Positions 40,604 through 50,317 of a stretch of DNA of 64,000 bases are shown here, piece by piece. Under the pieces are notes generated by a model. It did not search any database and was not told the origin of the DNA. It saw only the letters and a program-made list of their open reading frames with translations. The DNA is from Gammaproteobacteria bacterium. Its GTDB lineage: Bacteria; Pseudomonadota; Gammaproteobacteria; UBA4575. The stretch is from positions 96,001-160,000 of the forward strand of contig CBDCTA010000002.1 of NCBI GenBank assembly GCA_965221955.1, given 5' to 3'. Made by a program: the position numbers and the translations under genes. Numbering within the stretch: the stretch's first letter is position 1; the number at the start of each line of letters is the position of its first letter.

Positions 40604-41107
40604 ATGCGACATATTATTTCAGTTTTGTTAGAAAATGAAGCGGGCGCTCTTTCTAGAGTTTCCGGTTTGTTCTCTGCGCGCGGCTATAATATTGAATCAT
40701 TAACCGTAGCACCCACTGATGATGAAACAGTTTCACGAATTACAGTTGTAACAGGTGGGAGTGATGAGGTCATTGCTCAAATTGTAAACCAACTAAACAA
40801 GTTAGTGGATGTCGTCAAAGTGCTTAATTTGACGTCTGATGAGCATATTGAAAGAGAAGTGCTTTTATTAAAGCTTCGTAACACCGAAGCTTCCAATGCC
40901 GCAATAGAAGTATTAACTAATGAAGAATATAAAGGCAGGGTGGTGAATGATTCGAACGGGGCCATTGTTGTAGAGATTACGGGCATAGGAGAGAAGCTCG
41001 ATCGAGCAATTCATGTAGTACCACAAGAAGAAATTTTTGAATTAGTACGTTCGGGTGCGCTTGGTATTGCAACAGGGAAGCAAGTATTAAAATTAGAGTC
41101 TATGTAA
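40604..41107 (+). CDS. ilvN: Acetolactate synthase small (regulatory) subunit
   Basis: MRHIISVLLENEAGALSRVSGLFSARGYNIESL, QLNKLVDVVKV. Confidence 0.92.
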   Translation: MRHIISVLLENEAGALSRVSGLFSARGYNIESLTVAPTDDETVSRITVVTGGSDEVIAQIVNQLNKLVDVVKVLNLTSDEHIEREVLLLKLRNTEASNAAIEVLTNEEYKGRVVNDSNGAIVVEITGIGEKLDRAIHVVPQEEIFELVRSGALGIATGKQVLKLESM

Positions 41108-41132
41108 TTAAAAGTTTTTAGAGGTTTAGTAA

Positions 41133-42161
<1,029 letters not shown>

Positions 42162-42200
42162 AATTAGGTTTTATGACGTCTTATATGTCATAAACGTATC

Positions 42201-42818
42201 ATGATTCCAATTGCTAAAGAAGTTCGTCTACTTTTAGTAGTAATTGGAATCGTCTTAGTATTTGCTCAATATAAACTAAGCTTACAATCTTTGTGGATTG
42301 TTTGGCTTATATATATTGTTCTTCTTTTTTTGTTTCGTGACTTTAGTCGAGAAGTTCCCTCTCAACCTTTAGCGATTATCAGCCCTATTGACGGTAAAGT
42401 TACCCAAGTTGAAGAAGCCTATGATCCATATATGCATCGTGTGGCAAAGTGTATCCATTTAAGACAATCTATTTTAGGTGAATTTAATGTGCACAGCCCC
42501 GTCGAAGGGAATGTACAAAATTTGTGGGTCATTTCTCCTACTGAACCAACCTACACACAACTTGCGATAAGTTTACAAACCGATGAAAAAGATGATGCGG
42601 TAGTGGCTGCAGATTTAAAATCTATATTCCGACATGCCACTTGCTCGGTGAGCACTGGAGATCGTTTAGGTCAAGGACAGCGCTGTGGATTTATGGCTTT
42701 TGCGTGTAATTTGGTGATATATCTCCCTACTTCTGCTCATGTAGCTATAAAGGCAGGACAGTCGGTTCGCGCTGGCAGTGACAAATTGGCAGAATTCGTA
42801 CATGAAACCAGTTCATAA
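42201..42818 (+). CDS. Phosphatidylserine decarboxylase-related protein with degenerate catalytic motifs
   Basis: FRD...SPIDGKV, SPVEG, GDRLGQGQRCGFM, GQSVRAG; adjacent to pssA. The cleavage motif FGS reads FAC. Confidence 0.75.
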   Translation: MIPIAKEVRLLLVVIGIVLVFAQYKLSLQSLWIVWLIYIVLLFLFRDFSREVPSQPLAIISPIDGKVTQVEEAYDPYMHRVAKCIHLRQSILGEFNVHSPVEGNVQNLWVISPTEPTYTQLAISLQTDEKDDAVVAADLKSIFRHATCSVSTGDRLGQGQRCGFMAFACNLVIYLPTSAHVAIKAGQSVRAGSDKLAEFVHETSS

Positions 42819-42825
42819 TACACGT

Positions 42826-43617
42826 ATGAGTGAAAAACAACGGGAATCACGAAAACCACGTAAGGGCATTTATTTGCTGCCTAACTTGCTGACTACAGGA
42901 GCATTGTTTGCGGGTTTTTATGCCATTATCGCCGCGACTGCAGATCGCTTTGAACAAGCAGCGATTGCCATTGTTATTGCAATGTTTCTTGATGGGTTTG
43001 ATGGACGAGTAGCGCGTATGACGCATACAAGCACAGAGTTTGGTTCGCAGTATGATAGTTTGTCTGACATGGTGTCATTTGGAATCGCGCCTGCATTAGT
43101 TATGTATTTTTGGGCGCTTATTCATTTCCAAGGTTACCCTGTGATGTCGAAGTTGGGTTGGTTGGCAGCATTTTTCTATACTGCCTCCGCCGCATTGCGT
43201 CTAGCAAGATTTAATACTCGCATCAGTGATGATAACAAACGTTATTTTCAAGGTTTGCCCAGCCCAGCTGCAGCGGCAGCTATGGTGGGTTTTATTTGGG
43301 TATGTCACGATCTGCAATTATCACGTGCAGATTTTGCAATCCCTGCATTGATCGTCACGATATTATTAGGTGCTTTAATGGTAAGTAACTTTAGTTACTA
43401 CAGTTTTAAAGACATTAGTCCTAGCGAACGTGTACCATTTTATGCATTACTTGCGATTGTTGTAGGTTTTATTTTAGCTTCAATCGACACGCCAAAATTC
43501 TTTTTTGCCTTGTTTGCTGTCTATGCCTTGTCGGGCCCAATGACGCATTTGCTACGTGTGCAGCGCAAACGCAAACAGCGAGCTCAAGAAGTTAGTGAGA
43601 ATCAAAGTGAGCAATAA
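42826..43617 (+). CDS. pssA: CDP-diacylglycerol--serine O-phosphatidyltransferase
   Basis: GIYLLPNLLT, DGFDGRVAR, YDSLSDMVSFG, LRLARFN, FQGLPSP. Confidence 0.93.
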   Translation: MSEKQRESRKPRKGIYLLPNLLTTGALFAGFYAIIAATADRFEQAAIAIVIAMFLDGFDGRVARMTHTSTEFGSQYDSLSDMVSFGIAPALVMYFWALIHFQGYPVMSKLGWLAAFFYTASAALRLARFNTRISDDNKRYFQGLPSPAAAAAMVGFIWVCHDLQLSRADFAIPALIVTILLGALMVSNFSYYSFKDISPSERVPFYALLAIVVGFILASIDTPKFFFALFAVYALSGPMTHLLRVQRKRKQRAQEVSENQSEQ

Positions 43618-43698
43618 CAAGTATTTTATTCGACAAAAAACTGCCATCTAGAGGTAATTGAGTAGCATTATTTGGCTTAAGGCGTTATATTCCGTTTC

Positions 43699-43803
43699 AT
43701 GAAAAGCAGAATTTTCAATAACATGAGCAATTATTCTGGAGCTAGCCTACCTGCTTCACACTCTGTTGCTGCACTCTTATCTCTATTCTTGCTGCCGCAG
43801 TAG
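43699..43803 (+). CDS. Putative Leu-rich leader peptide upstream of leuA
   Basis: MKSRIFNNMSNYSGASLPASHSVAALLSLFLLPQ*; Leu codons CTC TTA, CTA, TTG CTG cluster just before the stop, which sits in hairpin tgccgc-agta-gcggca. Confidence 0.6.
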   Translation: MKSRIFNNMSNYSGASLPASHSVAALLSLFLLPQ

Positions 43804-43970
43804 CGGCAACTCTATGCCTGGCGAGGCACTACGCATTCTTTTATATTCTCAGTTCGCGCAAGCAGATTAAGGTTTTTTGCGTAAAGATTTCCTTATTCGG
43901 ATTCTATAGAATCCTGTTAATGATTTAGCGAGATGAGAGCGTTATTCATATTTGATATTGGAGTAAAACG

Positions 43971-45515
43971 GTGGCCAGTAAGGACAAATTAATAATTTTT
44001 GATACTACTTTGCGCGATGGCGAGCAAAGTCCAGGTGCGTCCATGACGCGTGATGAAAAAGTCAGAATTGCTAAATCACTTGAGCGCATGAAAGTCGATG
44101 TCATTGAGGCAGGTTTCCCAATGGCAAGTGTTGGTGATTTTGAATCTGTGCAAGCTGTAGCCAATGCAGTGAAGGATAGTACGGTTTGTGGTTTAGCGCG
44201 CGCACTTGATAAGGATATTGATCGAGCAGGCGAGGCACTCAAATCTGCTGAATCATCAAGAATACATACCTTTATTGCGACTTCACCGATTCACATGCAA
44301 AGCAAGTTGCGCATGAGTGAAGATCAAGTTGTTGAACAAGCGGTTGAAGCCGTTAAACGTGCGCGTGGATTTACTAATAATGTTGAATTTTCACCTGAAG
44401 ATGCGGGGCGTTCGGAGTTTGATTTTTTGTGTCGAGTGATTGAAGCAGTTATTAAAGCAGGCGCAAAGACTATTAATATTCCCGATACCGTTGGTTACAA
44501 CATTCCGCATCAGTTTGGAAGTTTGGTGGGGCGTTTAATTGAAAACATTCCGAATTCTGACCAAGCCGTTTTTTCTGTGCATTGTCATAACGATTTAGGC
44601 TTAGCGGTAGCTAACTCGCTTTCCGCAGTATTGCATGGTGCGCGACAAGTTGAATGTACGATTAATGGTTTAGGTGAACGAGCAGGTAATGCTTCATTAG
44701 AAGAAGTAGTGATGACGGTGCACACACGTCAAGACGTATTTGATTGTAAAACGGATCTTGATACTACGCAGATTGTTCCAACTTCTCGAATGGTTTCTAC
44801 TATTACAGGTTTTCCTGTGCAACCTAACAAAGCCATTGTTGGCGCGAATGCATTTGCGCATGAGTCAGGCATTCACCAAGACGGTGTTCTTAAAGCACGT
44901 GAAACGTATGAGATCATGCGTGCGGAAGATGTAGGGTGGGCGGCCAATAAGATTGTTTTAGGTAAACACTCCGGACGTAATGCATTTCGTACGCGATTAG
45001 ATGAATTAGGAATAAGCTTTGATTCAGAAGAAGACTTGAACAAAGCTTTTACGAACTTTAAAGATTTAGCAGATCGTAAACATGAAATTTATGATGAGGA
45101 CTTACATGCATTAGTTTCAGATAGCACTTATGAAAATAATGACTACTGTAAATTAATTTCTTTAAAAGCACATTCTGAAACAGGCAAAAAACCCAGTGCG
45201 GAAATTACTTTATCAGTAAATGGAAATGAAAAATCAGCTACATCTACTGGAGGAGGGCCGGTTGATGCCACCTTTTGCGCGATTGAAGATATTGTTAATA
45301 GTCAAGTTCAGTTGCAGTTGTATTCCGTAAATAACATTACTACTGGTACAGATTCGCAAGGCGAAGTCACGGTACGTCTTCAAAAAGCGGGAAGAATAGT
45401 GAATGGCCATGGTGCAGATACAGATATTGTAATGGCTTCTGCGAAAGCCTATTTGCATGCGCTGAATAAATTAGTAGTTCCTGAAGAGAGAGCACATCCA
45501 CAACATGACGTTTAA
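43971..45515 (+). CDS. leuA: 2-isopropylmalate synthase
   Basis: [37 protein letters not shown], regulatory C-terminal domain. Confidence 0.96.
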   Translation: MASKDKLIIFDTTLRDGEQSPGASMTRDEKVRIAKSLERMKVDVIEAGFPMASVGDFESVQAVANAVKDSTVCGLARALDKDIDRAGEALKSAESSRIHTFIATSPIHMQSKLRMSEDQVVEQAVEAVKRARGFTNNVEFSPEDAGRSEFDFLCRVIEAVIKAGAKTINIPDTVGYNIPHQFGSLVGRLIENIPNSDQAVFSVHCHNDLGLAVANSLSAVLHGARQVECTINGLGERAGNASLEEVVMTVHTRQDVFDCKTDLDTTQIVPTSRMVSTITGFPVQPNKAIVGANAFAHESGIHQDGVLKARETYEIMRAEDVGWAANKIVLGKHSGRNAFRTRLDELGISFDSEEDLNKAFTNFKDLADRKHEIYDEDLHALVSDSTYENNDYCKLISLKAHSETGKKPSAEITLSVNGNEKSATSTGGGPVDATFCAIEDIVNSQVQLQLYSVNNITTGTDSQGEVTVRLQKAGRIVNGHGADTDIVMASAKAYLHALNKLVVPEERAHPQHDV

Positions 45516-45554
45516 AATAATCCATTATCTATTAAATCTTTTTAATGCTTAGCT

Positions 45555-46292
45555 ATGAATGAAGAAAAGCGATTGTATTACTTAGATCAGATGGGGATTC
45601 AAGCGTGGGTTTCTAATAAACATGTTGTTGATGCAGTTGAGCAAGAACGACTATCCACAACCGAACAAGAGGTTGCTAAAAACCCAAAGGTAGATTCTGA
45701 AGAGACAAAAGCGACCGCAAACTTAGATGAACTTAAAAAAACTGTTTCGACTTGCACCTTATGTGATTTACATCGTTCACGCACTCAAACAGTTTTTGGC
45801 GTGGGTCATCCTGCTGCAGAATGGTTGATTATAGGTGAGGCACCAGGAGCAGATGAAGATCGCTTAGGTGAGCCTTTTGTAGGTAGAGCTGGGCAGTTAT
45901 TAACAAGCATGTTGCGTGCGATGGGTTTAGCACGTGAAGAAGTATTTATTGCAAATATTTTAAAATGCCGACCACCTAATAATCGTGATCCGCGACCAGA
46001 AGAAGTTAATCACTGCGGTGCGTATTTGCGCCAACAAATTGAACTTATACAACCAAAGATTATATTAGTAGTAGGAAGGATTGCGGCGCAATCGTTGTTA
46101 AACGTCGATACACCTATTGGAAAAATGCGTGGCCAGAAATATAGGTATCAAGATACAAATATTCCAGTGGTTGCAACGTATCATCCTGCTTACCTATTGC
46201 GTAGTCCACAGCAAAAACGTAAAGCCTGGGAAGATTTAAAGTTTGCTTTACAGGTGCTGCATGCCCTTCAGGACGAGGAAACAACCTCATAG
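45555..46292 (+). CDS. Uracil-DNA glycosylase family 4 (Fe-S)
   Basis: CTLC, GEAPG, PFVGRAGQLL, NILKCRPP, TYHPAYLLR. Confidence 0.92.
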   Translation: MNEEKRLYYLDQMGIQAWVSNKHVVDAVEQERLSTTEQEVAKNPKVDSEETKATANLDELKKTVSTCTLCDLHRSRTQTVFGVGHPAAEWLIIGEAPGADEDRLGEPFVGRAGQLLTSMLRAMGLAREEVFIANILKCRPPNNRDPRPEEVNHCGAYLRQQIELIQPKIILVVGRIAAQSLLNVDTPIGKMRGQKYRYQDTNIPVVATYHPAYLLRSPQQKRKAWEDLKFALQVLHALQDEETTS

Positions 46293-46339
46293 CGCAGTAT
46301 AATGGGCCTAATTGGAACTGATAACTTATACTTAACTAT

Positions 46340-46810
46340 ATGAGTGCTGTATTTGATTATCCTGCTGAAACCTACCGTCTAATGACGGAGCATGATCTCT
46401 TAGCAGTTTTGAAAATAGAGAATGAGAGTTATGAGTTTCCGTGGACGGAAGGTATCTTTCACGACTGTATGCGATTTGGTTATTCATGTTGGGTAACGGA
46501 AGTTGATCATCGCATAGCGGGTTATGCGGTAATGTCTTTAGCTGTACAAGAGTGTCATATACTTAATATATGTGTAGAGCCCGGTTTCCAAGGACAAGGC
46601 ATAGGTAGACGATTTTTGCAGCAATTATTAATGATTGCTCAAGCGCGCAAAGCGGATACTGCGTTTTTAGAGGTAAGACCTTCCAATACGCAAGCGTTGT
46701 CACTCTACTTTTCTGAGGGCTTTAACGAAATTGGTATGAGACGAGACTATTATCCTGCCAAAATTGGTAGAGAAGACGCGGTTATTCTTGCTAAGTCCCT
46801 AGTCGAATAA
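46340..46810 (+). CDS. rimI: Ribosomal protein S18 alanine N-acetyltransferase
   Basis: FPW, HILNICV, QGQGIG, FLEVRPSN, RRDYY, REDA. Confidence 0.9.
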   Translation: MSAVFDYPAETYRLMTEHDLLAVLKIENESYEFPWTEGIFHDCMRFGYSCWVTEVDHRIAGYAVMSLAVQECHILNICVEPGFQGQGIGRRFLQQLLMIAQARKADTAFLEVRPSNTQALSLYFSEGFNEIGMRRDYYPAKIGREDAVILAKSLVE

Positions 46811-46895
46811 TTCTATTTTTACTGTAGTAAGGTGTAGCGTTTCGCTATAATCGCGCGCTTTGTGTCCTTTAAATCTTTGAACATTTCATTTTGCT

Positions 46896-48524
46896 GTGAG
46901 CGAACATCAACAACAAACGGCACGGCGCCGTACATTTGCTATCATCTCGCATCCTGATGCGGGTAAAACTACTATTACTGAAAAGCTACTACTATTTAGT
47001 GGCGCAATACAGTTAGCGGGATCTGTAAAAGGAAGAAAAGCTGCGCGTCATGCTACATCAGATTGGATGGAAATGGAGCAACAGCGTGGCATCTCAATAA
47101 CCAGCTCAGTGATGCAGTTTGATTATAAAGATCGCATTGTTAATTTATTAGATACACCAGGTCACGCAGACTTTTCAGAAGATACTTATCGCACACTCAC
47201 CGCAGTCGACTCTGCGCTAATGGTGATTGATAATGCAAAAGGTGTGGAGGAACGCACGATCAAACTCATGGAAGTTTGTCGTCTGCGCGATACACCAATT
47301 ATTACGTTTATCAATAAACTTGATCGCGATGGTCGTGAACCGATTGAGTTATTGGATGAGGTGGAAAGTGTACTAAAAATTAAATGTGCTCCAATTACTT
47401 GGCCGATTGGGATGGGTAAATTATTTAAGGGGGTATTTCATTTAATAAATAATTCAGTGCATCTTTATGACCCAAATCATAAGGGTAAAATACAACAAGG
47501 TGAGATGATTGAGGGGTTAGATAATCCTCGTTTAGATGAACTGTTGGGTGACCAGGCCCAAGAATTGCGTGATGAAATCGAACTTGTCCAAGGCGCAAGT
47601 CATGAGTTTAATCAAGAAGCATATTTAAAAGGTGAAATGACACCGGTGTTTTTTGGTTCGGCGATCAATAATTTTGGTGTAGCAGAGTTATTAGATAAGT
47701 TTGTGGAATATGCACCTGCACCGCAGGATAGAGAAGCCAGTATTCAGAAGACGAATAATTCTGATAATGAAACTCGTGCTGTATCTGCTGAGGAAGAAAA
47801 GTTTTCCGGCTTTGTATTTAAAATACAAGCTAATATGGATCCCAATCATCGTGATCGTTTAGCTTTTCTGCGCGTATGCTCAGGTAGTTTTCAAAAGGGT
47901 ATGAAGCTTCAGCATGTTCGATTAGAGCGCGAAGTTAAAATCAGTGATGCATTGACTTTTATCGCTAAGGACCGTGAACATGTTGATCGTGCTTATCCAG
48001 GAGATATTATCGGCTTACACAATCATGGCACGATTCGAATTGGTGATTCCTTCACCCAAGGAGAGAAGCTAGCGTTTACCGGAATTCCTAATTTTGCTCC
48101 CGAGTTATTTCGTCGCGCCCAATTGAAAGATCCTTTAAAAATGAAGGCCTTATTGAAAGGTCTTATACAATTATGTGAAGAAGGGGCCACGCAGCTATTT
48201 CGACCCATTACGAATAATGATTTGATATTGGGCGCCGTCGGTGTGCTGCAGTTTGAAGTAGTTCAGCACCGCCTAAAGCATGAATATAATGTCGAATGTA
48301 AGTTCGAGGCGGTTAACGTGCAGACTGCAAGATGGATCAGTTGTGAGGATGAAAAGCAGCTAACCAAGTTTAAAAATAAGACAGAATCGAATCTTGCCAT
48401 CGATCATGGTGAAGAATTGGTATATATCGCACCTACAAGGGTAAATTTACAAATGGCGATAGAAAAATGGCCAGAAATTGAATTTCGAGCTACGCGAGAA
48501 CATAGCTCTATTGCCGAACAGTAA
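46896..48524 (+). CDS. prfC: Peptide chain release factor 3
   Basis: [33 protein letters not shown]. Confidence 0.96.
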   Translation: MSEHQQQTARRRTFAIISHPDAGKTTITEKLLLFSGAIQLAGSVKGRKAARHATSDWMEMEQQRGISITSSVMQFDYKDRIVNLLDTPGHADFSEDTYRTLTAVDSALMVIDNAKGVEERTIKLMEVCRLRDTPIITFINKLDRDGREPIELLDEVESVLKIKCAPITWPIGMGKLFKGVFHLINNSVHLYDPNHKGKIQQGEMIEGLDNPRLDELLGDQAQELRDEIELVQGASHEFNQEAYLKGEMTPVFFGSAINNFGVAELLDKFVEYAPAPQDREASIQKTNNSDNETRAVSAEEEKFSGFVFKIQANMDPNHRDRLAFLRVCSGSFQKGMKLQHVRLEREVKISDALTFIAKDREHVDRAYPGDIIGLHNHGTIRIGDSFTQGEKLAFTGIPNFAPELFRRAQLKDPLKMKALLKGLIQLCEEGATQLFRPITNNDLILGAVGVLQFEVVQHRLKHEYNVECKFEAVNVQTARWISCEDEKQLTKFKNKTESNLAIDHGEELVYIAPTRVNLQMAIEKWPEIEFRATREHSSIAEQ

Positions 48525-48537
48525 TTCTATAATTGTT

Positions 48538-49272
48538 TTGAGTCGCTCTGATAAAGATCATATTTACGCCAGCAAACAAGACAAAGTAAAAGATTTTGTT
48601 TTTGACGAGAAGGTAGCCGGTGTTTTCGAGGATATGATTCAGCGCTCGGTACCTGGGTATGCAACACTGAATCAGCTCACTCCCATCCTTGTAAATCAAT
48701 TTGTGCAGAAAAACTCTCAAATTTATGATTTAGGATGTTCATTAGGGGAAGCATCAATTTCTATAGCACAGTCGCTGCGTAGTATAAATATTAATATCTA
48801 CGCAGTGGATAACTCTGCTGCGATGATCGAGCAACTAGAACAAAGACTTGCAGAGCTTAAATTAAACACCGCTATTCAAACTTTTTTAAGTGATGTAACA
48901 ACTATCGACATCACGAACGCATCTTTTGTGATTCTAAACTACACTTTGCAATTTATTGAGCCTTCTAAACGCGACGAATTTATGAAAAAAATTTGTTCTG
49001 GAATGAATGATCAAGGTGCACTGCTGTTATCAGAAAAAATAAGTTACGAAGATGCCGAGGAAGATGTATTAATGCAGCAATTACATGAAAACTATAAGCG
49101 TCAGAATGATTATAGTGAACTTGAAATTAGTCAAAAACGCGAAGCCTTAGAGAATGTGTTAATTCGTGATACGCATGAGGAGCACGTGGAACGTTTATTA
49201 AATGCAGGTTTTTCAAAAGTTTCAATACTAATGAAATACCTTAATTTCACATCTTACTTAGCTATAAAATAA
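48538..49272 (+). CDS. cmoA: Carboxy-S-adenosyl-L-methionine synthase
   Basis: FVFDEKVAGVFEDMIQRSVPGY, YDLGCSLG, NYTLQF, YSELEISQKR. Start probably TTG 48538. Confidence 0.9.
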   Translation: MSRSDKDHIYASKQDKVKDFVFDEKVAGVFEDMIQRSVPGYATLNQLTPILVNQFVQKNSQIYDLGCSLGEASISIAQSLRSININIYAVDNSAAMIEQLEQRLAELKLNTAIQTFLSDVTTIDITNASFVILNYTLQFIEPSKRDEFMKKICSGMNDQGALLLSEKISYEDAEEDVLMQQLHENYKRQNDYSELEISQKREALENVLIRDTHEEHVERLLNAGFSKVSILMKYLNFTSYLAIK

Positions 49273-49276
49273 AAAA

Positions 49277-50255
49277 ATGATCGCTCCAGATCGTGAAAAG
49301 CTGAGGTTGGCTTTAGAAAATACAATGCTAAAAGATGTTCAGACACATCTCTTGAAATTTCTCGATGAAAAATATGCCAACCCTAAACATGGGCACTTCA
49401 AAGATTGGCTACACATTTACCAATCTTTGTCTGAGTACAAGGTATCACAATGTGATTTTAATCAAGATGCAATTTCATTGGGGCATGTAGAGGATATTTC
49501 TTTTTCGCAGAAACAAGAGCTCGAAGAAAAGCTGAAACAATTAAGCCCTTGGCGAAAAGGACCCTTTGATATCTTCGGGATCCATGTTGACACGGAGTGG
49601 CACAGTGATTGGAAGTGGAAACGTATTGCTCCGCATATTAATTTGGAAGATAAGTTAGTTTTAGATATTGGTTGTGGTAACGGTTATTACGCATTACGTA
49701 TGCAAGGTATGGGGGCAAGATTAGTCATAGGTATTGATCCAAGTTGGCACTATGTGTTTCAGTTTCATGTTTTGCAAAAATATTCTTCAATTGAACAACG
49801 CACTTTTGTTTTGCCTTTGGCATTAGAAGAATTTCCAGAGGTACTCAATGCTTTTGATACTATTTTTTCCATGGGAGTGCTATATCACCGTCAAGAACCA
49901 CAAATACATCTTGAACACATACATTCTTTATTGCATGAAGGAGGGACAATTCATAATAGAAACTTTAATTATTGAAGATCAAGATGCAGATATACTTATT
50001 CCAAACGAGCGCTATGCCAATATGCGCAATGTGTGGATGATTCCAAGTATAGAATTGTTAAAAAAATGGTTAACGGATGCTGGTTTTGTAGACATTCAAG
50101 TAATGGATACTACAATGACGACTGTACATGAGCAGCGTCAAACAGAATGGATGACTCGATTTTCACTTGCACAAGCCTTAAATCCAGAAGATCCGACACT
50201 AACAGTGGAAGGGTATCAAGCGCCGATCAGAGCTACTTTGATGGCTGAAAAGTAG
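49277..50255 (+). pseudogene. cmoB: tRNA U34 carboxymethyltransferase split by an apparent +1 frameshift (or sequencing error)
   Basis: N-terminal part (PWRKGPF, IHVDTEWHSDWKW, LDIGCGNGY, MGVLYH) in ORF 49277..49975. C-terminal part (ETL, RYANMRNVW, EQRQTEWM, TVEGY) in ORF 49848..50255. Junction gaaggagggacaattc near 49937-49952. Confidence 0.8.
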
Positions 50256-50317
50256 ACAAACGACGAATTGTTATATTAGAAAATATAAAATATCCTGCTT
50301 TAAATCTAATTGCGTAG

